Shown here: one piece after another, positions 56,979 through 64,000 of the stretch
How the letters are laid out: each line of letters opens with the position of its first letter
Position numbering within the stretch: position 1 is the stretch's first letter
Source of the DNA: Gemmatales bacterium
GTDB lineage: Bacteria; Planctomycetota; Planctomycetia; Gemmatales; HRBIN36
Length of the DNA stretch: 64,000 bases
Direction of reading: 5' to 3'
Assembly: GCA_041640595.1 (NCBI GenBank)
Contig: JBEPZY010000001.1
Coordinates: 160,001 to 224,000, forward strand
Position numbers and translations under genes: made by a program
Notes under the pieces: model-generated
Told to the model about the DNA's origin: nothing
Database searches by the model: none
The model's input: the letters and a program-made list of their open reading frames with translations, nothing else

Positions 56979-58583
56979 ATGATGTGGCGAAACCTCGTGT
57001 GCATGCTGGCAGTGATTGCGACGGTCGGCGTACTGGCCTGTCTGGCGGAGGCAGATTCGCAGAGGGCCACGGGAAAAGCAAACGCCGCCCGGGCAGCGAC
57101 GGGTCCCGCCAGTGCTGCGGAAGTGGCCAGCCAAATAGACGCCATCATTACCCGGCGGCTGGCTGCCGAGAAGGTAACGCCTTCCGAACCGGCCAGCGAT
57201 GCCGAGTTCTTGCGGCGTGTTTATCTCGACATCACCGGCAGAATCCCTACCGCCGAACAGGCTGCTGCATTCCTGGATAGCACTGATCCGCAGAAGCGGG
57301 CGCAGCTGATCGAGCAATTACTGGCCAGCCCTGAATACGGCCGGCACTTTGCGGATGAGTGGGTGCGTCTGCTGGTGCCGCGAAATTCCGATAACCGGGC
57401 GTTGCGAACCCAGCCGTTATTCGACTGGCTGGCCGAACAGTTCAATCAGAACCGGCCCTGGAGCGAAATTGTAACGGCATTGCTGACGGCTACGGGTACG
57501 CAACAGGAAAATCCGGCGGTGACTTATTTCCTGGCCAATCAGGGGCTGGATCAGATCACCAACTCGGTTTGCAAGCTCTTTCTCGGCAACCAGCTGCAAT
57601 GTGCTCAGTGCCACAATCACCCGTTCACCAACTGGAAGCAGAACGATTACTGGTCGTTTGCAGCGTTCTTCTCGAAGGTGCGTGCCGACAACACGGTGCG
57701 TGCGGCTAAACTGGGCAATACTCCTGGCGTGACGGAATCGAACCGGATTTTCGGTCGTCGGCCCAATCTGCCGGAGTCGTATAAGGCCCTGCCGCCGAAA
57801 TTCCTGGGCGGAGCGCAACCGGAACTGCGTAGCGAGGAACCCTATCGGCCGGTGCTGGCGAAATGGCTCACCGCTCCGGACAACCCGTATTTTGCCCGAG
57901 CCACGGTCAATCGCTGGTGGGCCAAGTTTTTCGGACGCGGTCTGGTCAACCCCGTGGATGACATGCACGAGGATAATCCGCCGACTTATCCGGAGTTGCT
58001 GGATTTGCTGGCCACACAATTTGCCGCCCACAATTTCGACCTGAAATGGCTGGTGCGCACTATCACCAACACGCAGGCGTATCAGCGAAGCAGCAGGCCG
58101 GTCGGCGAGCAACCAGCCGACCCGACGCTGTTCGCACAGATGCCGGTCAAACCGATGACCCCGGCACAACTGTTCGACGCACTGGCGCAAGTGGTCGGTT
58201 TCAACCGCAACTTGACCGTTCGCAAACCGACGGTCGGCGGCAAGCCAGCGTTCAACATCCGTGAGGCGTTTATCGTTGCCTTCAGCGGAGACGAAGGAGC
58301 CGACCCACTCGATTACCAGTTGGGAATTCCCCATGCCTTGCGGCTGATGAATTCGCAACTGACCAATGTCGAAGGGCTGGCTTTGCAGGAGGCGTTGCGG
58401 CGAGGTAAGACGCCCCAGGAGATTCTCGACTGGCTGTATCTGGGTATGCTGTCTCGTCGGCCCACGGAGCAAGAACGGCAGCGTTTCCTGGCATACGTGG
58501 CCGAACGCAAATACGACCGCTCTGCCTGGGCGGATGTCTTCTGGGCGCTTTTGAATTCCAGCGAATTCGTGCTGACGCGGTAA
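56979..58583 (+). CDS. DUF1549/DUF1553 domain protein
   Basis: Signal peptide; EFLRRVYLDITGRIP, CAQCHNHPF, NPYFARATVNR, FWALLNSSEF. Confidence 0.88.
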   Translation: MMWRNLVCMLAVIATVGVLACLAEADSQRATGKANAARAATGPASAAEVASQIDAIITRRLAAEKVTPSEPASDAEFLRRVYLDITGRIPTAEQAAAFLDSTDPQKRAQLIEQLLASPEYGRHFADEWVRLLVPRNSDNRALRTQPLFDWLAEQFNQNRPWSEIVTALLTATGTQQENPAVTYFLANQGLDQITNSVCKLFLGNQLQCAQCHNHPFTNWKQNDYWSFAAFFSKVRADNTVRAAKLGNTPGVTESNRIFGRRPNLPESYKALPPKFLGGAQPELRSEEPYRPVLAKWLTAPDNPYFARATVNRWWAKFFGRGLVNPVDDMHEDNPPTYPELLDLLATQFAAHNFDLKWLVRTITNTQAYQRSSRPVGEQPADPTLFAQMPVKPMTPAQLFDALAQVVGFNRNLTVRKPTVGGKPAFNIREAFIVAFSGDEGADPLDYQLGIPHALRLMNSQLTNVEGLALQEALRRGKTPQEILDWLYLGMLSRRPTEQERQRFLAYVAERKYDRSAWADVFWALLNSSEFVLTR

Positions 58584-58712
58584 CCGACGCTGCCGGGCGG
58601 TGGGGTGACGCCAGCCGTTGCCCTGCCGCCTGCTTGGTGAAACAAATAGCCCATTGTGGTCGGGTCACTGGATAAGCGAAACGTCTCGGAAACTTGCAGA
58701 AGGAGAGAACGC

Positions 58713-59981
58713 ATGAAGAATGCTGCGGGCTTATCTCGGCGGGAATTTTGCCAGTTATCCGCTGCGGGGATAGTCGGCTGGTCAGCTTCCGGTTGGCTGG
58801 ACATTCTGGCACTCCGCGCGGCGGAATCACAACAGCGGCATAAAGCCTGCATTCTTTTGTGGATGGACGGCGGACCTTCCCACAAAGACACCTTCGACAT
58901 GAAGCCGGGCACCAAACATGCCGGCGAATTTAAGCCGATCCCCACTTCCGTGCCAGGCATTCAGATCAGCGAACATTTCCCGAAGCTGGCGCAACTCATG
59001 CAGCATGCCGTCATTCTGCGGGGGATGAGTACCGGCGAAGGTGCCCATCCGCGGGCTCGTTACTATTTGCACACCGGTTACCGCGAAGGACAGGGCGGCG
59101 TGGTGCATCCCAGCATCGGCTCGATCGTGTCCAAGGAGCTGGGCAATCCGGACTTTCCGCTGCCGAATTTCGTGGCGGTGTCGGCGCGCACTTTTGGTGC
59201 GGGTTACCTCGGCCCGCGGCATGAACCGCTTATCGTCAACGATCCGACTCGCGGCGTGGAGAATCTTCAATCCTGGGTCAGCGAATCCAGGTTCCAGGAC
59301 CGCGTCAGCTTGCTGACGGAACTGGAACAGGGCTTTTATCGGACTTACCGCAGCCCGGCCGCGCAGGCGCATCAAACCATGTATGCTCGTGCGGTGGAGT
59401 TGATGCGATCGAAGGAAGCAAAAGCCTTCGACCTCAACCAGGAACCTGCCAGTGTTCGACAACGTTACGGCAACACTCGCTTTGGTGATGCCTGTTTACT
59501 GGCGCGGCGACTTGTCGAAGTCGGCGTCAAATTCGTCGAGGTTACCCTGCCCGGCTGGGATACCCATCAAAACAACTTCACGCGGGTGCGGGAACTTTCG
59601 CAGCAGGTGGACCCCGCCATCAGTGCCCTGATCGAAGATTTGAAAGCCCGCGGTCTGCTCGACAGCACCCTGATCATCTGGATGGGCGAATTCGGTCGCA
59701 CGCCGCACATCAACAACCGCGGGCCGCAACCTGGACGCGATCACTGGCCGCGAGCCTGGAGCACATTGCTCATCGGTGGCGGCATTAAAGGCGGGCAGGT
59801 CATCGGCAAGACCGACGCCGAAGGCGCGACTGTGGTCGAGCGGCCCATCTCCGCTCTTGATTTCCTGGCCACCGTCTGCACTATCCTCGGCATTGATTAC
59901 AGCAAGCAATACACGACTCCGCGGGGTCGGCCTATTCGTATTGTGGATCGCGGCGCCAATCCGATTCGGGAAATTCTGTAG
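58713..59981 (+). CDS. DUF1501 domain protein
   Basis: SRREF, GGPSHKDTFDMKP, CLLARRLVEVG, WDTH, GEFGRTP, GRDHW. Confidence 0.9.
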   Translation: MKNAAGLSRREFCQLSAAGIVGWSASGWLDILALRAAESQQRHKACILLWMDGGPSHKDTFDMKPGTKHAGEFKPIPTSVPGIQISEHFPKLAQLMQHAVILRGMSTGEGAHPRARYYLHTGYREGQGGVVHPSIGSIVSKELGNPDFPLPNFVAVSARTFGAGYLGPRHEPLIVNDPTRGVENLQSWVSESRFQDRVSLLTELEQGFYRTYRSPAAQAHQTMYARAVELMRSKEAKAFDLNQEPASVRQRYGNTRFGDACLLARRLVEVGVKFVEVTLPGWDTHQNNFTRVRELSQQVDPAISALIEDLKARGLLDSTLIIWMGEFGRTPHINNRGPQPGRDHWPRAWSTLLIGGGIKGGQVIGKTDAEGATVVERPISALDFLATVCTILGIDYSKQYTTPRGRPIRIVDRGANPIREIL

Positions 59982-60109
59982 TTAGTCCCACCCCGGCAAA
60001 TATTCTTTCCAGCAACGAGATTGCCTCGCTCGCGCCTGGCATGACGGCAAGGCATGGCCACAACGCCAGGCTGGCCCAACTCCGAATCGCCCAACCGATC
60101 GCCAGCATC

Positions 60110-60133
60110 AAGGGTACGGCATGCCGTACCCTT
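60110..60133. repeat. Perfect 24-bp intergenic palindrome
   Basis: AAGGGTACGGCATGCCGTACCCTT equals its own reverse complement. Confidence 0.85.
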
Positions 60134-60252
60134 ATTCATTTCCATCGAGCCCAGCCTGTGCGGGAATTGGACCGCCCGCGTGCCTAGTCCTGCCTTTACC
60201 GAATTGCTAGATCATGGTCGGCGGTGCCTTGGGACCAAACGGAGGATACGGT

Positions 60253-63240
60253 ATGCTGCGGAAATGGGCTTTAGGCTTGGTTTGCAGCGGCATCATCCTG
60301 GGGTTGATGGTCATTGCCGAGCCGAAGGCGGTCGAGCCGCTGGCCTGGCAATGGGCAAAAGCAGCTCGCCTGGCTCCACCTCCGGTTGCTGTCCTTCTGG
60401 AACTGGGGCTGACCGACACCGAGCCTGCGGACTGGTCGGGACGTGCCACGCTGACCGGCGGGCGAATCGTTCACCGCGAGGGCTATCGTTTCCGCGACAC
60501 GGATGCCATTCAGGGCGATTCCTGGACTGCCCGCAGCAAACGCCCCATTCGCTTGCCGAAAGGGCAACCGGCATTGGCCCGGCTGGAAGGGATTGATAGC
60601 GTCGGAGTGGTTTTCCATCTCGCCGAGCTAAAGCCCGACGCCGAGTTATCCATCGAAATTCCTGGCCGAACGCCGGCTAAAGAAACCGTCAAGCTGAGTG
60701 AAGTCCTCGCCGGCAAAACAGTCCTGCTCTGGAATAAGTCGGCGGCGGTGCGCCTGCTTTCCACAGCCACACCCCTGGTGACCGAGGCGACCGAAGACGA
60801 TCATCCCGCCGCCTGCTATGCCCCGGACGGAAGCCTGTGGGTAGCTTATACCGCGTATCGTTTACGGCGACCGGATCGGCGAGTCGAGGCCTCGCCATTA
60901 AAGGAAATGCCAGCCCATTTCCGGGATTTCTATATCCCCGAAGCCGCCGACCAGGTTTTAGTCCGGTATCTGCGGCAGGGAAAATGGTCGGCTCCGATCG
61001 CGATCACCGGTCCGCAAGAGGATATAGTGCGTTGTGCGATTGCCGCGGATGTGGAAGGTCGCATCGCTGTTTTTTATAGTGCCCAGCGCCAGGGTAACTA
61101 TGATATTTACGTGCGCTGGCTGGAACCGAGCGACAAAAGCAAAACCGACTCGGAAAGCCCGCGACCTGGTCCGGAAATGTTAGTTTCCGAAGATAGTCCC
61201 GGCCCGGACTTAGCACCGGTGGCCTGTACGGATCAACAAGGCCGTATCTGGGTCGCCTGGCAAAGTTGGGACCGTGCCGGGAAATCTAGTGTACGTTTTT
61301 GCGCTTACGAAAAAGGCAAGCTGGTTCAGTCCGGTCGCCTGGCAACGAATCCCGCCGCCAATCAATGGTCACCCGCGATTGCTGCCGCAGCGGATGGTCG
61401 GGTCGCTATCGCTTTTGATGTGTACAACGGCGATTACGACGTCTATATAGCAGTTATCGAGGCGGGCAATATCAATTTTTATCCAGTTGCTACATCGCCG
61501 AAGTTTGAAGCGCGACCCAGCATTGTTTGGGATAATGCTGGCCGGCTCTGGATCGCTTACGAGGAGGGGACGGAAGACTGGGGCAAGGATTTTGGCGCGT
61601 TTGATACGGAAGGGCAACCGCTCTATGCATCGCGTTCGGTGCGGGTGGTGTGCTGGCAGGACGGCCGATTACTCGAGCCGGTTGCGGAATTACCCTCTTC
61701 CAAGGTCGAGCCGCCGAAAATGCCTTATGAAGCACTGGCTGCTGTGCGTTTTGAACGCACCCCGCGTTATTCCCATCCCCGTCTGGGCTTAGATACCCGC
61801 GGTCGCCTGTGGCTAACCTATCGCCAGAAATTCGGCACACGCTATTCCACGCATCCAGGCTCGTACTGGCTCTCCTACTTGCGCTGTTACGATGGCAAGC
61901 AGTGGTCGGAACCGGTCGAATTGCATCATTCGTGCAACCTCATGGAGAGCCGACCTGTATTGCTGCCGCATACCAACGGCGGGATATTAGTGGTTCATAA
62001 CACCGATGGCCGCTATACCACGCCAGATAAAGTCGGGTACGATCTCTATATAAACACATGCGACCTGCCAGGCTCATCGGTAGCAGCGGAATTACGGCCG
62101 CGCGCGCCCGGCACTAAAGATTTAGACGCGCATCGCAAGGAACAGGAGGCGGTCAGGCGAATCCGCGAATATCAAGTACGCGCCGGTGGTAAGCTATACT
62201 ATCTATTGCGAGGCGAATTTCACCGACACACGGAAATTTCCTGGGACGGCGGCCCGGACGGTTGTTTAGAGGACATGTTTCGCTATGCCATTGATGCCGC
62301 CAGTCTGGACTGGATAGGTAATGGCGACCACGATAACGGTGCGGGCCGGGAATATACCTGGTGGTTGACGCAAAAAATGACCGACGCTTACCATGTTGCC
62401 GGCGTATTTACTCCCATGTTCACCTACGAACGCAGCGTGCCGTATCCGCATGGGCATCGCAATGTCATGTTTGCCCGGCGCGGCATATTGACTTTGCCTC
62501 GCCTAGACGAACCGGATCCCGACAAACGTGTGGCCGGCGTTCATGCCGACGATACGAAGATGCTCTACCGTTATCTGCGGGAACTCGGAGGGATTTGTGC
62601 TTCCCATACCTCAGCAACCGGTATGGGTACTGATTGGCGCGATCATGATCCCCTGGTCGAACCGATTGTGGAAATTTATCAAGGGGACCGCATGAATTAC
62701 GAATATCCCGATTGTCCGCGGGCCGGTTATGATCCCAAATCGGGAAAGTTTCCTCCGCAAATTGGCGGCTGGCAACCCAGTGGCTATATCAACAATGCCT
62801 TAGCCAAGGGCTACCGGTTGGGCTTCCAGGCATCAAGTGATCATTGGTCCACTCATATTTCCTTTTTCGTCGCCCTGGCCGAACGCCGCGATCGGGAGGC
62901 GATCTTAGATGCGGCCCGAAAACGTCACTGCTACGCGGCTACCGACAACATTATCTTAGATGTCCGCAGTGGCACGCATATTATGGGCGATGAATGGGAA
63001 ACTATGCAACCGCCTATATTTCAGATCTATGTGCGCGGCACGGCAGCGATTAAGCAGGTGGACGTTATTCGCGATAGCCAAGTCGTTGCCACTCTCGATG
63101 GGGGTAAGTCCGAGGAACAGCGTCTGACCTGGACTGACCCCAAACCGGAGCGCAACCTGCATTATTACTATTTCCGCGTCATGCAAACGGACGGCGAGCT
63201 GGCCTGGAGCTCCCCGATGTGGGTGCATTATAAGCGTTAG
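60253..63240 (+). CDS. Large exported protein: beta-propeller-like region plus C-terminal PHP-like metallohydrolase (DUF3604/CehA-like)
   Basis: GGAGG RBS; repeated P...d..G.iWvA motifs; FHRHT, DHD, GHRN, SHT and SSDH metal-ligand pattern. Confidence 0.7.
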   Translation: MLRKWALGLVCSGIILGLMVIAEPKAVEPLAWQWAKAARLAPPPVAVLLELGLTDTEPADWSGRATLTGGRIVHREGYRFRDTDAIQGDSWTARSKRPIRLPKGQPALARLEGIDSVGVVFHLAELKPDAELSIEIPGRTPAKETVKLSEVLAGKTVLLWNKSAAVRLLSTATPLVTEATEDDHPAACYAPDGSLWVAYTAYRLRRPDRRVEASPLKEMPAHFRDFYIPEAADQVLVRYLRQGKWSAPIAITGPQEDIVRCAIAADVEGRIAVFYSAQRQGNYDIYVRWLEPSDKSKTDSESPRPGPEMLVSEDSPGPDLAPVACTDQQGRIWVAWQSWDRAGKSSVRFCAYEKGKLVQSGRLATNPAANQWSPAIAAAADGRVAIAFDVYNGDYDVYIAVIEAGNINFYPVATSPKFEARPSIVWDNAGRLWIAYEEGTEDWGKDFGAFDTEGQPLYASRSVRVVCWQDGRLLEPVAELPSSKVEPPKMPYEALAAVRFERTPRYSHPRLGLDTRGRLWLTYRQKFGTRYSTHPGSYWLSYLRCYDGKQWSEPVELHHSCNLMESRPVLLPHTNGGILVVHNTDGRYTTPDKVGYDLYINTCDLPGSSVAAELRPRAPGTKDLDAHRKEQEAVRRIREYQVRAGGKLYYLLRGEFHRHTEISWDGGPDGCLEDMFRYAIDAASLDWIGNGDHDNGAGREYTWWLTQKMTDAYHVAGVFTPMFTYERSVPYPHGHRNVMFARRGILTLPRLDEPDPDKRVAGVHADDTKMLYRYLRELGGICASHTSATGMGTDWRDHDPLVEPIVEIYQGDRMNYEYPDCPRAGYDPKSGKFPPQIGGWQPSGYINNALAKGYRLGFQASSDHWSTHISFFVALAERRDREAILDAARKRHCYAATDNIILDVRSGTHIMGDEWETMQPPIFQIYVRGTAAIKQVDVIRDSQVVATLDGGKSEEQRLTWTDPKPERNLHYYYFRVMQTDGELAWSSPMWVHYKR

Positions 63241-63308
63241 GTGGTGGAAGTATTGGCACATCATCGGCCTGGTAATGCATAAGGTCTGTCCCGCAGAGTC
63301 GTGGTGCC

Positions 63309-63899
63309 GTGAATGCTGGCGGACGCCGGTTTCGCGTGGTGAAATTGGGCGGCAGTCTTCTGGACTGGCCGGGGTGCATTCCGCGTTTGCGAGCCTTTTT
63401 GGCGGAGTCGAAACCGCATTGTACGTTGCTTGTCGTCGGTGGCGGTGGGGCTGCCGATTGGATTCGCCGGCTCGATCGGATTCACCGTCTCCCCGTCGAG
63501 GCAGGGCACTGGCTGGCCATCGAAACCATGCGGCTGAATGCCGGGTGTGTGGCGTCGCTCCTGCCCGGCAGCCAGATCGTAAAAGAACTGGGCCAGTGTG
63601 AGCACGCCTGGTCGCAACAATTGTTGCCGATCCTCGACCCGGTTCCGTTTTGCCAATGGGATGTCACTCAGTCGGACGGTTTGCCGATCGGCTGGGAGGT
63701 AACCAGCGATAGTATCGCTGCCCAGGTGGCATGGCGCTGGCAGGCCGAAGAGTTGGTGCTCATCAAATCATGCCCGAAACCTTCGGGGGATTGGCAGACC
63801 GTTGCCCGAACCGGTGCGGTGGATGCTTATTTCCCGAATCTGGCCCAGCGCGTGCCAATCGTTCGCTGGCTCTGCTGGCGTGGTGAGAACGCTGAGTGA
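63309..63899 (+). CDS. Amino-acid-kinase superfamily protein (MfnE/Orf21-like, methanofuran/H4MPT-linked)
   Basis: VVKLGGSL, VGGGGAAD, HWLAI..M, W.VTSDSIAA, VDAYF. Confidence 0.75.
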   Translation: MNAGGRRFRVVKLGGSLLDWPGCIPRLRAFLAESKPHCTLLVVGGGGAADWIRRLDRIHRLPVEAGHWLAIETMRLNAGCVASLLPGSQIVKELGQCEHAWSQQLLPILDPVPFCQWDVTQSDGLPIGWEVTSDSIAAQVAWRWQAEELVLIKSCPKPSGDWQTVARTGAVDAYFPNLAQRVPIVRWLCWRGENAE

Positions 63900-64000
63900 A
63901 GCGGAATCGCCGGCAACCGATGATTTTCCGCGCGGCGACCGAGCCGGTAGGGCAGCAGGATCGGGGTAACGGTAGCCTGGGGCGGCATGTTCGGCTTCTG

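Noticed and set aside
58598..58617. Possible further degenerate REP copy (CGGTGGGGTGACGCCAGCCG)
   Set aside because: The flanking CAAGAG/TGG signature is missing and the arms are mismatched; too weak to count.

Overview
Bacterial chromosomal DNA, very likely from Planctomycetota (Gemmatales-like). This is inferred from two DUF1549/DUF1553 genes, three DUF1501 genes, a long YidC, a HYExAFE-like protein and an H4MPT/methanofuran-type kinase. About 47 plausible CDSs are present, mostly housekeeping and envelope genes (birA, tatD, nuoN, mnmE, yidC, tdh, sppA, psd, slyD-like, dksA-like, trmB-like, dusB) plus one solitary Type IIG/ISP-like restriction-modification enzyme. I could not recognise any rRNA, tRNA, transposase, integrase or cas gene. 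Signals the ORF track does not explain: (1) a BCP/PrxQ peroxiredoxin with a predicted signal peptide, split by an in-frame UGA exactly at the peroxidatic Cys and followed by a SECIS-like hairpin, i.e. a probable exported selenoprotein (51138-51707); (2) a 29-bp palindromic REP-like family with compensatory stem substitutions, assembled with shared linker modules into BIME-like mosaics at about 26.5 kb and 45 kb; (3) an orphan 37-bp repeat / 36-bp spacer unit with 73-bp periodicity just upstream of the selenoprotein gene; (4) a membrane-anchored protein with one VWA domain nested inside another, located between yidC and mnmE; (5) a CYTH + CBS-PP2C signalling pair and an orphan nuoN. All family assignments come from motif recognition by eye; no database searches were run.
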